A stretch of DNA of 64,000 nucleotides from a virus (Duplodnaviria > Heunggongvirae > Uroviricota > Caudoviricetes): positions 117,763-181,762 of IMG/VR virus record IMGVR_UViG_3300027710_000010. One strand, written 5' to 3'. Both the position numbers and the translations under genes were made by a program. A model generated the notes under the pieces. The model did not search any database. It was not told the origin of the DNA and worked only from the letters and a program-made list of their open reading frames with translations. Shown one piece after another: positions 53,587 through 62,663 of the stretch (positions are counted from its first letter, which is position 1; every line of letters begins with the position of its first letter).

Positions 53587-54495
53587 ATGAGCACAGCCGC
53601 AGAACAATATCGCCAACTAGTTAATAAACTGGTCAGCATCAACGAAGAATTAAAGATCGGGGACATTGATCCACGTACAGGACGCAAGATCTTATCAGCC
53701 ATGACTGACAGTGACGGCAACGTTGTTCGCAGTGGCACTGGGGAAATTTGGAATGTCAAGTACGGTCCAGCAGAGCTCAAGCCCGCAGCCGTTGCTGAAC
53801 CAGTGGCTGTTCAAGCTGAACCCGTCAAGGACACGCCGGTTGAACCTGTTAAGGACACTCCTGCTCCCACACCAACTCCAACTCCAACACCCGCTGTTGC
53901 TGAACCAGACAAGAAAGTGGAACCATGCGGTCCTGAAGTTAAAGAAAAGATCCGTGCAGAGAAAACATTCAATGCTGCCTATGCCATGGCTAGAAAAGCT
54001 GGATGCCCGGACTTTGATTGGTGTCAAATTGTTTCAGTGCCCGGACAAACAGCTACACCAAAACCCAGTGGACAAAAAGTAGACTTCACCGGACAAGCAA
54101 CACCCTTAGGCGGTAATGCCGAAAACCCAATGAGCTTTGCACCCAACAGTAACTTTGGTGCTGAAGAAGGCTACGAGTCTGATGAGTACATACTGGAAGA
54201 CGAACTAAATCGTGTACGTGAGATTGCTGGTACTCAAGTGGTACTAGAAGCTGGCGCTGATATTCCCGAAATCAAAGCTGCCAATAAGCAGGCTGCTATT
54301 GAGATTGCTCGTAAAAAGGGTATCAAGAGATTTAGATTCTGTGGCAAGTACAAAGTACAGGCTAAGAAGCCAGGTCAAACAGCTACGCCTAAACCTGGCA
54401 ATCAAAAGGTAGACTTCACTGGTCAAGCAACACCCTTAGGTGGTACAGCTGAAAATCCAATGAGCTTTGCGCCTAACAGTAACTTCGGCGCTTAA
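53587..54495 (+). CDS. virion-associated protein with internal 41-aa duplication
   Basis: Start MSTAAEQYRQLV; TAAATA box upstream; P/T/A linker. Confidence 0.75.
   Translation: MSTAAEQYRQLVNKLVSINEELKIGDIDPRTGRKILSAMTDSDGNVVRSGTGEIWNVKYGPAELKPAAVAEPVAVQAEPVKDTPVEPVKDTPAPTPTPTPTPAVAEPDKKVEPCGPEVKEKIRAEKTFNAAYAMARKAGCPDFDWCQIVSVPGQTATPKPSGQKVDFTGQATPLGGNAENPMSFAPNSNFGAEEGYESDEYILEDELNRVREIAGTQVVLEAGADIPEIKAANKQAAIEIARKKGIKRFRFCGKYKVQAKKPGQTATPKPGNQKVDFTGQATPLGGTAENPMSFAPNSNFGA
54040..54492 (+). repeat. 123-bp intragenic duplication
   Basis: 54040-54162 versus 54370-54492; 38/41 aa identical; differences mostly synonymous. Confidence 0.95.
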
Positions 54496-54923
54496 TCCAA
54501 ACAGTATTCAAAGTTCCAAGTATCGGCGTTGGCCCTAATAAGACTAGCGCCGTTCTTTTCATGAAACTTCTGTGCCATGGCAGTTTGCGGACTTAGTGTT
54601 ACCATCTTCTTAATAGAGTCGGGTAATTGGTCTCTAACAGCAAATATCAGCTTCTGTGCCGCACCCGCACTATAACTCCAAATAGTATAAGCAACAGCAA
54701 CGGTCAACTCATGTTCAGGCGGTGCCAACATGCTCATTTCACTTTCTGGTACTGCATCACATAGAGCTATACACACTGCGGCTAAGATTTGATCTTGCTC
54801 AGTCCATAGGTATATGCTGGCTCTTGAGTTGATGCGATTCTCAATGGCAATATTGGGACGAACTGGATCGTCCTTGATGACTCCGGCTCGTGGATCTTCT
54901 AGTGTGGTAATTTGTTCTAACAT
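54492..54923 (-). CDS. conserved phage protein (GNAT-like fold suspected)
   Basis: DDPVRP, YTIWSY and VTLSPQT.MA.KFH..NGA motifs. Confidence 0.7.
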   Translation of the reverse strand: MLEQITTLEDPRAGVIKDDPVRPNIAIENRINSRASIYLWTEQDQILAAVCIALCDAVPESEMSMLAPPEHELTVAVAYTIWSYSAGAAQKLIFAVRDQLPDSIKKMVTLSPQTAMAQKFHEKNGASLIRANADTWNFEYCLD

Positions 54924-54999
54924 GGCGTGTTCCTTAGTAAGTGTGACAGTATTATATGCGTATTTATTATATTATTGCAAAAACTCTGTTACACTTGTG

Positions 55000-56427
55000 T
55001 TACAAGATATCATCAGTGGGTCCAATGTTATTCAATAGCTGTCTCAGTTTAGTTGATTCAACCTGTGCAGTTATCTTAGGAGCACTAGCACCATCTTCCA
55101 ATGCTGCCGGGGTAACTGTACTTTGTCTATTACGAATACTGTCCAACATGCTGGATCCTGGACGCTTGGTTGCACTGTCTTCCTGATCAGCTTCATCCAA
55201 GTCAGTGATACGCAATGTGTCAATGTCAAAGGCCAAATCAATCTTCATGCCTACACCACTGCTACTACGTGTTTTCATTAACTGGATTTGATAGCGACCA
55301 TGTTCACGCATAGCACGACTTGTAAAGATACCAAACACGTTATCCGCAGTTTGGATCTTACTCAATCCACCCGAGATGTGACTGTGATCAAACTCGACTT
55401 CTTCCACAGCACCCCTGTTCAACTGTGCCGCAGTAACGAACACACACTTCTTCTCCATGGCCAAGTTACGCAGTTCTTCACTCACATACTTGTCCTTAAT
55501 AAACAAGTTCTCTGCTGAAATCTTCTTTGAGATTGGCATCAGCAAGTCCAAATAGTCTACCAGTAACACATCAATCTTGTGTCCCATTTTGATTTCATAC
55601 TCTTTCATATAAGCACGAATATCATTACTGGTCTTGCCCGAAGGCATGTACTTGACTTGATAGTGTCCAGACTTCTTACCGATCACGCGAACTTTCATTT
55701 CAACGTCATCAATATTTTTAAAAATCTCTCTACTGGGAATGCCAGTCATCATCGAGTCCACACGCATACTGACCAATTCCTCAGCCAACTCCAGTGTAAT
55801 GTAAACTACATTAAGTCCTTGTAAGGCCCAGTTAACTCCCAAGTTAGCCAGGAACAAACTCTTACCACCACCCGAACCTGCGGCAAAGATATTAAGCTCA
55901 CCTCTGTTCATTCCACCAAACAGTTTGTCATCCACACTCTTCCAACCAGTACTTACTTGTCCGTTCTTGTCTTTGATCCTTAACAAGCGAGCACGGGGAT
56001 CAGCAAAGTAATCAGTACCCATGTCCTTGGTCAAGCCAATCTGTACTGCCTTCTTAATCATTTCTTCTACAGGACCATACTCGCCCTTCTCCAGCAGGTC
56101 AGCTGATTCTAAAATTGCCTTCTCAAGTCCTTTGTGTTTGATAAACGTTTCAAAGTCGCCCATTAGCCAATCAAAGTGTTCTTCCCTAAGATCCATTTGT
56201 TGTTTAAATGTACTGCCCGTGGCTGCATTGATAATGTCTATAGTGGGCAATACATTATGTTCCTCTACATAGCTCTGTAAAAACTCTGCAGATCTTTGTA
56301 ACTTTCTATCAAACAATGTTGGATCAAAAATGCTAGTACAACGAATAAACGTTTGTGCATCCGCCAGCATCATCTCCAAGTATAAGTGTTGTACATCAAC
56401 ACCATAGTCCGTATTTTGTTTTGTCAT
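55000..56427 (-). CDS. replicative DNA helicase (DnaB/T4 gp41-like)
   Basis: AAGSGGGKSL, ITLEL, LVDYLDL, TAAQLNR and QLMKTR motifs; start MTKQN. Confidence 0.95.
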   Translation of the reverse strand: MTKQNTDYGVDVQHLYLEMMLADAQTFIRCTSIFDPTLFDRKLQRSAEFLQSYVEEHNVLPTIDIINAATGSTFKQQMDLREEHFDWLMGDFETFIKHKGLEKAILESADLLEKGEYGPVEEMIKKAVQIGLTKDMGTDYFADPRARLLRIKDKNGQVSTGWKSVDDKLFGGMNRGELNIFAAGSGGGKSLFLANLGVNWALQGLNVVYITLELAEELVSMRVDSMMTGIPSREIFKNIDDVEMKVRVIGKKSGHYQVKYMPSGKTSNDIRAYMKEYEIKMGHKIDVLLVDYLDLLMPISKKISAENLFIKDKYVSEELRNLAMEKKCVFVTAAQLNRGAVEEVEFDHSHISGGLSKIQTADNVFGIFTSRAMREHGRYQIQLMKTRSSSGVGMKIDLAFDIDTLRITDLDEADQEDSATKRPGSSMLDSIRNRQSTVTPAALEDGASAPKITAQVESTKLRQLLNNIGPTDDIL

Positions 56428-57560
56428 TCGTTCTCTCTCACATGCTTCCAATAGTATAACATACTTGTTAACACAATGCCTATTAATACGGCATATGCTA
56501 AATTTAAAAATACTGTTAGTGCAGTCACAGCAATCATTATAATCAAGTCCTCTTTAGGTTTATTAAAGTTAAAACTTGACCAATCAAATGTATGATAGCA
56601 GACTACACACATCACTCCAATCAATGCCGCGATCGGAATTGATTCAATTATAAAGCTGGCAAAAACAATGTAAGCAAGGATGGCTAGGGCATTAACTACA
56701 CCTGCTAAACGTTGATGCCCACCTGCTTCTAAGTTAATTACTGTTTGTCCAATCATAGCACAGCCGCCCATGCCTCCAAACAAACCAGTTAATACATTAC
56801 CAGCACCTTGTGCCATGCTTTCCTTATTGGGTTGATTAATTCCGCCAATAGTTTTATCAACCAGGTTAGCAGTAAGCAGTGTTTCAATTAGTCCAACTGC
56901 GGCCAATATTAAACTGTAGGGTAATACAATCCACAGCGTTTCTAATGTGAATGGAACAAGGGGGAGATGGAAACTGGGCATAGCTCCACTAATATGAGCA
57001 ATGTCACCCACAGTCTTAGTTGCAATATCAAACACGTACACTACTGCCGTTACAAGAACAATACCAAACAAGCTACCTGGTATATGGCGTGTAAGCATGG
57101 GAGCAACGGCTACACCAAAGACAGTTATGATAATTAGTCCCAACATAGAGTACAAGGCAAATCCTTCAATGGGAATTTGATTGAACTGTGCCATAAAGAT
57201 CACTAGGGCTAGACCATTTACAAATCCAGTCATTACACTGGGACTTACAAGTTTAATCAACTTACCCAACCTAAGAGCACCAAACGCTAACTGTATAACG
57301 CCCATGAGCACAATACAGGCAAACAAGTATTCGACTCCATGTGTAACTACCAATGCCACACTGACCACAGCAAGACTGCCTGCACCTCCGCTAATAAGTC
57401 CAGGGCGTCCTCCAAACAGAGCTGTAACCAATCCCAAGATCACTGCGGCATATAATCCCACTAGCGGGTTGACCTGTGCCAATAATGCAAATGCAACTAC
57501 TTCTGGAACCATCGCCAGGCTTGTTGTAATACCGGCAAGTGTGTTGCGTACTATATTCAT
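56424..57560 (-). CDS. sulP: SulP-family anion transporter lacking STAS domain
   Basis: LAMVPE.VAFA..A.V.P.VGLY, GGRPGLISG, GLIETLLT and GGCAMIGQT motifs. Confidence 0.9.
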   Translation of the reverse strand: MNIVRNTLAGITTSLAMVPEVVAFALLAQVNPLVGLYAAVILGLVTALFGGRPGLISGGAGSLAVVSVALVVTHGVEYLFACIVLMGVIQLAFGALRLGKLIKLVSPSVMTGFVNGLALVIFMAQFNQIPIEGFALYSMLGLIIITVFGVAVAPMLTRHIPGSLFGIVLVTAVVYVFDIATKTVGDIAHISGAMPSFHLPLVPFTLETLWIVLPYSLILAAVGLIETLLTANLVDKTIGGINQPNKESMAQGAGNVLTGLFGGMGGCAMIGQTVINLEAGGHQRLAGVVNALAILAYIVFASFIIESIPIAALIGVMCVVCYHTFDWSSFNFNKPKEDLIIMIAVTALTVFLNLAYAVLIGIVLTSMLYYWKHVRENE

Positions 57561-58546
57561 TATTCGTTAAACCAATTCTTTGCTCGTAATTTTATTTTTA
57601 ATTCTGTATGCATGGCTGAGCTAATAATTAGCCACAATGTAGCAAGTCTGCCCAAGGTCTTGACAGCATCGCTTACGTCTTTAACACCTTCGGGCCAGTC
57701 GGGCATACTAACACTCCACCCATACTCCATTGCTTGTTCAACTGTCTTAGCACCTGCTTGATCTCTGTCAGGTACTAGTATAGTGCGTCTTTGTAATTGA
57801 TTGATTAGTAAATGTTGACCTTGACTGATCTCACTGCCCAATAGTGCTACACCATCAATGGCTAATGCATCAAACGGACCTTCCGTAACAATCACATACT
57901 TGCGATCCCAGTGTTGTCTATCCAAGTTAAACACATAGCCAGGTTGCTGTTCACTTAGATACTTGGGAGTACCGTCACTAACTATACGAGCCGTCCATCC
58001 TACGATCTCGTTCTTATAGATGAATGGTATGATTAATCTATTGCTAAAGCCTACCTTAGGAGTCCAATAGAATGGATAGTCCTCTAAGTACAAGTCTCTG
58101 CTGTGCAAGTATTCCAATACTGGTAATAACTTCTTAGGTGCGTTATCCAAGTAGCTGGTTATCAATTCGCTTTCTAATGGCAGTGCCCTGGGCGTAAATG
58201 TTGGCACTAACTGTAACTTGATGCCAGAGTCTGCATCTTCCTTCAATCTCAATGCATCAAAAGTCATTTTGGTGATTAAGTCATCCGGGATGCCAAACCA
58301 ACGCATCAAGTTTTTCAGTTTAGGACTTACTGTACGTCCGGGTTGCCAACTGGCTTTGAATCCACAGTTAAAGCAATGGTAACTGACAGCATCGCCTCCG
58401 TTGATAATAAAGCCACCGCGCTGTCGTTTGTCTACATTGTTGCCATTGTGTGGACAACAAGGAGCATTAAAGCTAATCCACCCGCTAGGGGTTTGTTTTC
58501 GCTTTGGAGGTAAGTAGGCTAGTAATGTGTCAGCAATCAGGCTCAT
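57560..58546 (-). CDS. DNA primase (zinc finger + TOPRIM; T4 gp61-like)
   Basis: APCCPH..YHCFNCG, VTEGPFDAL, PDRD and VKDVSDA motifs. Confidence 0.92.
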   Translation of the reverse strand: MSLIADTLLAYLPPKRKQTPSGWISFNAPCCPHNGNNVDKRQRGGFIINGGDAVSYHCFNCGFKASWQPGRTVSPKLKNLMRWFGIPDDLITKMTFDALRLKEDADSGIKLQLVPTFTPRALPLESELITSYLDNAPKKLLPVLEYLHSRDLYLEDYPFYWTPKVGFSNRLIIPFIYKNEIVGWTARIVSDGTPKYLSEQQPGYVFNLDRQHWDRKYVIVTEGPFDALAIDGVALLGSEISQGQHLLINQLQRRTILVPDRDQAGAKTVEQAMEYGWSVSMPDWPEGVKDVSDAVKTLGRLATLWLIISSAMHTELKIKLRAKNWFNE

Positions 58547-58558
58547 ATAGCCTATATT

Positions 58559-59392
58559 TTAACTGATTACTTGGAAAGAGTCAAGTGTTCCGGCAGTCTT
58601 AGTATATCGAACTCGAATATAAGTATATTCGCTAATGTCAATGTCTGTAAATGCTACAGGTGTACTTCTAGCCACTGAGAATGTTTGACTAGTAATTTCA
58701 CTGTTCAAAAATACTTCGTGTCCAATTGTAGGACTCTTAGTTGCTTCAATAAAGATAGTTCCCACAAAGTCAGTTACATTAACAGTTACATCAATAGAAG
58801 TTGTTGCTTGCGCCTCATAGAACTTTGTTGGTATTGCACTGCTGTTATAGTATATTACCCACTGCATTTGATTACTGCTACTATAATCAGTCTGTTGCTG
58901 GAAGTCATCATAATTTTGAACTGGGCGGGCACTAGGAACAACACTGCCTAACAATTCAATAGTTCCGTGTCCACCAAACTTTGCATCACCGTATAACAGA
59001 GTCTTTGTAGTGTCGGCATTGACCATATACACACTAAATTTTAAAAATTGCGTTTGTAGTGCTGCCAAGTCTGATTCAGCTATAGTTACCTTAGCAAGCC
59101 CCTTTAACGTGGGTGTAGTGCTGCCGTCATCTAGTACTGTTGCTGTATAGGTGTTAATCTCGTTGTCACTTTGATCCATGACAACAAACTTGATATCCTT
59201 TCCGAAGATATCGATCCGCTTTTGATCTGCGTTCTTAACATCTAGCTCTATGACGTTATCCACGCCCTTATATATTTTAACTGGTCTTTGGTACACGATT
59301 TTCCACTCCACAGGGTAGGGCGCATCCAACGCTGTCACATCTGCTATGAGTTGGATCCGATTTGAGTATAAATAACTTGAAATTTTTTGCAT
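58559..59392 (-). CDS. baseplate/tail structural protein (BppU-like N-terminus)
   Basis: VYQRPVKIYKGVDN.I...KNADQK; YTYIRVRY; TATAAATA 17 nt upstream. Confidence 0.6.
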   Translation of the reverse strand: MQKISSYLYSNRIQLIADVTALDAPYPVEWKIVYQRPVKIYKGVDNVIELDVKNADQKRIDIFGKDIKFVVMDQSDNEINTYTATVLDDGSTTPTLKGLAKVTIAESDLAALQTQFLKFSVYMVNADTTKTLLYGDAKFGGHGTIELLGSVVPSARPVQNYDDFQQQTDYSSSNQMQWVIYYNSSAIPTKFYEAQATTSIDVTVNVTDFVGTIFIEATKSPTIGHEVFLNSEITSQTFSVARSTPVAFTDIDISEYTYIRVRYTKTAGTLDSFQVIS

Positions 59393-59416
59393 TGGTAGCC
59401 TCAACATATATTTATA
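59367..59416. promoter_or_regulatory. overlapping, oppositely oriented late promoters
   Basis: TATAAATA on plus 59367-59374 and on minus 59416-59409. Confidence 0.7.
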
Positions 59417-59787
59417 TGGCAAAGTTAAGACAAACAACTGAACAACAATTACCCTTTATAAGCGTCATAAACTACGGTGAAGCTGAGTACGTCGGGATCA
59501 TAATCAACCAAGATCAATACGTAACCAGTTTCTACGATATCGACGCACTTCGTACTCCAGAAGAGAAAGGTGCATTTTTAGAAGTCGGAGAAACATGGTG
59601 GTGGGAATCAAATAGACAGATGCCCATTAACATATTCCTGCGACGTGAAATTGAACCATTTCGATACTGTATTAAGACATTTAACAGTAAAGATGTGAGG
59701 ATCCTATTGGGTCCTGTAGTCAATCTAATGAATCTAAGTGTGCGACGCATCAAGCGTAAGAGTGTTCAGTTAGTTAGAAAACGTTAA
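59416..59787 (+). CDS. conserved phage hypothetical protein
   Basis: EYVGIIIN, WWWESNRQMPINIF and RRIKRKSVQLV motifs. Confidence 0.75.
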   Translation: MAKLRQTTEQQLPFISVINYGEAEYVGIIINQDQYVTSFYDIDALRTPEEKGAFLEVGETWWWESNRQMPINIFLRREIEPFRYCIKTFNSKDVRILLGPVVNLMNLSVRRIKRKSVQLVRKR

Positions 59788-60350
59788 GTAATACTTTCAC
59801 AGATTTGGTTCATCTGAACCACTACCACTGTGGCGTAGGCAATGGCGTGTGACTTTTTAAAGTAGTACTCGCCATCCTCGGGTTTTGTCCATATCTCGTT
59901 CATCACCGTAGTCCAATCTTTCCCAATCAGATAACGTTTGGCTGGACGAATCATCGCCAGTACTGCTGCCAATTCTTCTATAGACTTTGGCGCCATTTGT
60001 CTTAGAATAGACCCATGCCCATTCACATGGAACAATAAGTTCACGAAGTCGTCCTGTAACAGTAAATCCCATAGTGGTTCAGTCTCCATTAACTTAATCA
60101 AATGTGCTTCATCTTTTATTGTTTCATAAACTCCAACATTGAGGAAGTCTATTTTAAAATAACCTCTTGCCTCTGCTTGTTTGTAGTCAATAGCTGACAA
60201 GTTAGTAATCGGATTGTACGGGACAGAAGTACAATATACACCAGTGTTGTGCTTTTTAAAAGTACCATTATCTTCTATAGCCGCAGTGACATGCTTGAGC
60301 TTTTCAAGTGCAAGTGTTCTATCTGCAAAGTCTATATCAATATCTGGCAT
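59784..60350 (-). CDS. dnaE: miniature DNA polymerase III alpha (DnaE) catalytic core
   Basis: MPDIDIDF, KHNTGVY, FKIDFL, AMIRP and FKKSHAIAYA motifs in only 188 aa. Confidence 0.85.
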   Translation of the reverse strand: MPDIDIDFADRTLALEKLKHVTAAIEDNGTFKKHNTGVYCTSVPYNPITNLSAIDYKQAEARGYFKIDFLNVGVYETIKDEAHLIKLMETEPLWDLLLQDDFVNLLFHVNGHGSILRQMAPKSIEELAAVLAMIRPAKRYLIGKDWTTVMNEIWTKPEDGEYYFKKSHAIAYATVVVVQMNQICESIT

Positions 60351-60517
60351 TAGTGTTTTACCTGTGAGTCAAACAAGTACAAGGGAAGTTCTTCGATAAG
60401 TTTGTCTGCCCATTCATCTGCAAACTCTGCTGTATCAAATCCCGTAAACTTTACATACACTGCTAATTCTTCTTCAGCAATAATTACTTCCATGCCTAAT
60501 GGAATTGGATCATTCAT
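60350..60517 (-). CDS. small acidic hypothetical protein (55 aa)
   Basis: Hand-translated MNDPIPLGMEVII...; coupled on both sides. Confidence 0.6.
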   Translation of the reverse strand: MNDPIPLGMEVIIAEEELAVYVKFTGFDTAEFADEWADKLIEELPLYLFDSQVKH

Positions 60518-61212
60518 AAGTTTGCTTCCTTAGCTACCTGCTTTACTAACTCCACATCGTCAAATTGATTGTGGAATTTCTTTTTCCAAAACACTGGATC
60601 AATGATTGAACCAACGGCTGTTAGTTGCTCGTCATTAAAGCCGCCTAACAGTTTCTTTCCACTAACAGAATTTAATAGTAGCCAAGGACTTATCTTTCCA
60701 TCTTTAACATCATACACTGCTCTGTTAGTGCTTACATAATTAAAATAATGATTCCATACACTGTCGTTAGTGTCAGCCCAATCGGACATGTGTTTTATAC
60801 TACGTTCCAATGCTGTCTCAACATTTTCTGTTTTAATTAGATGCAATACGTATTCTTCATAAAGCCCATCTCTACACCAATGATCAAGTCTAACACCACT
60901 AGTAACTACATAGTCAATGTACTTGTCAGGATACAAGGGATTAACATTACTGACAAAGCTGCCAAACTTTACAAATGCATTGTAGTAAGGACTGTGTGCA
61001 AACTCATCGTATGTTTTAATTTTATCTTGCTTCTGACTTATTAGATAGAACCTAACGTATGCCTGATACGCAATCTGTACGTGCTTCTCAGTTTTAGCCA
61101 AGTGACGACGCTTTTGCTCACACATGTGAACAATCAAAGTTTTTTCTTTAGTAAACTTACTGTTACAATGCGTACACGTATACTTTTGTTCAGTCACTTT
61201 TAATTCTAACAT
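60514..61212 (-). CDS. C2H2-zinc-finger protein (helicase-loader-like, tentative)
   Basis: YTCTHCNSKF..TLIVHMC; lies in the replication cluster. Confidence 0.55.
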   Translation of the reverse strand: MLELKVTEQKYTCTHCNSKFTKEKTLIVHMCEQKRRHLAKTEKHVQIAYQAYVRFYLISQKQDKIKTYDEFAHSPYYNAFVKFGSFVSNVNPLYPDKYIDYVVTSGVRLDHWCRDGLYEEYVLHLIKTENVETALERSIKHMSDWADTNDSVWNHYFNYVSTNRAVYDVKDGKISPWLLLNSVSGKKLLGGFNDEQLTAVGSIIDPVFWKKKFHNQFDDVELVKQVAKEANL

Positions 61213-61682
61213 TAGAAATATTTTGCAATCTTTTTGTCTTCCCAACAATGATCTTGGGCTAATTTTTTAAGGTCTTTGACTGGAGTCATCTCTGCTAACA
61301 TCTCTAGCTCATCAACTTTACGTGATGGATACATCTCCATCAAAAACTTTAGTCGCTTGCTATCGCCTGCTTTCTTTTTATTGCCTAACCACTCGTGATA
61401 GAATACTTGCTTCTTATCATAGTTGCACATGCACAACAACTGCCAAAGTAGTTTAGGATGCTTTTGTAAAGTGTTCCAATGCTTGTTAAAGTATTCGTTC
61501 ACTGCCAATACAAAGTGTTCTTGCTTTTCTCTGTTTTGTCCTTTAACGTTACTTACATAGCGATTAAGAATAAAGAATTCACTCTTAAGTGCTTTGCGTT
61601 GCTCGTCATCCATCTCATCCCAAAGGTCTTTTGCATTGAGATCTACTGCCGCTAGTTTTTCTTTAAGTTCTATCTTTGCCAT
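61212..61682 (-). CDS. clamp loader small subunit-like (T4 gp62-like)
   Basis: FFILNRYVS..EHFVLAVNEYFN..FYHEWL pattern. Confidence 0.55.
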   Translation of the reverse strand: MAKIELKEKLAAVDLNAKDLWDEMDDEQRKALKSEFFILNRYVSNVKGQNREKQEHFVLAVNEYFNKHWNTLQKHPKLLWQLLCMCNYDKKQVFYHEWLGNKKKAGDSKRLKFLMEMYPSRKVDELEMLAEMTPVKDLKKLAQDHCWEDKKIAKYF

Positions 61683-61944
61683 AATCTTTACTTAGTTTGT
61701 GTATCATTATAACACGATCCAATGCCCGTTGTAAAGTGATATTGGTCTTGGCAGCTCTTCGTATCTCGCCCCACATCTTGCTGTCCATTAGATGATCGTG
61801 CAATGGTCGTCCATCCGATGTTCTCGGATCAAAATCGTAACCAACCTCTACTCGTGTGCTAGGATCAGCACCGAACTCTCTAGCATAAGTTACTCCGTTT
61901 GCTTTTTCGTAAATATAAGTAGCACCAGGTTTAAGGGTTCCCAT
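61663..61944 (-). CDS. conserved hypothetical protein
   Basis: YIYEKANGVTYAREFG. Confidence 0.7.
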   Translation of the reverse strand: MGTLKPGATYIYEKANGVTYAREFGADPSTRVEVGYDFDPRTSDGRPLHDHLMDSKMWGEIRRAAKTNITLQRALDRVIMIHKLSKDYGKDRT

Positions 61945-62661
61945 TTATATTTTACTCTTATGTTTGAATGCTTTATCGTGATGCCAATTCTTAACTTCGA
62001 TGTAATCTAATGATGAGAAAAGTTCTAAAAGTTTTTCATCAGGCCATCCGTAAGGTTCACCTAAATTATTTGTTTCAATAACAATCATAGGCAATGCTCG
62101 TTTAATAGTTTCGATTGCTCCAGACAATGCATGACCTTCATAGCCCTCGATGTCTAAATGTATTAAGTCAGGATTAATGTTTAGAGAGTCAATAGTTACT
62201 TGAGGTATTGTACCTGTCTCTACAGTTCGTATGGCTCCTAAATTTTGGGCACCACCAGTTATGTTAGGATTAAAATCTAAACCCAAGCTGTCAAATTTTG
62301 AACCAAGACATGCTTGATATTTGAAAACATTTAGTTCTGGTACATTGTTTGTTAAACACGCAAACCAACGATGATCGGGTTCGAACGTCATAACTTTTTT
62401 AAATAATTTACTATATTGCTTAGGATACAGTCCAGCATTGCCGCCTGCTTGAATAATTAAATTTCGTTCTGACTCTGGCAACAACTCTGATATCTCAGTT
62501 GGTAAAAGGTATGCATGATATTCTAATCCATCAAACACGTGAGTTGCTTTGTTAAAGAATCTCCAAGTTGTTTTATCGTCGGCAGGCCATGTCCAATCTT
62601 TTCCTAAGAGGTCGCTTCCTCTTAATTCTAAATTTAATTCAGTCATTGTTCTTGATGTCAA
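61945..62661 (-). CDS. FkbM-family methyltransferase
   Basis: IIQAGGNAGLY, TFEPD and LIHLDIEGYE motifs. Confidence 0.88.
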   Translation of the reverse strand: MTSRTMTELNLELRGSDLLGKDWTWPADDKTTWRFFNKATHVFDGLEYHAYLLPTEISELLPESERNLIIQAGGNAGLYPKQYSKLFKKVMTFEPDHRWFACLTNNVPELNVFKYQACLGSKFDSLGLDFNPNITGGAQNLGAIRTVETGTIPQVTIDSLNINPDLIHLDIEGYEGHALSGAIETIKRALPMIVIETNNLGEPYGWPDEKLLELFSSLDYIEVKNWHHDKAFKHKSKI

Positions 62662-62663
62662 GA

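Noticed and set aside
54040-54492. Diversity-generating retroelement TR/VR pair
   Set aside because: Differences are mostly synonymous rather than adenine-specific, both copies are in one ORF, and there is no reverse transcriptase in the window.
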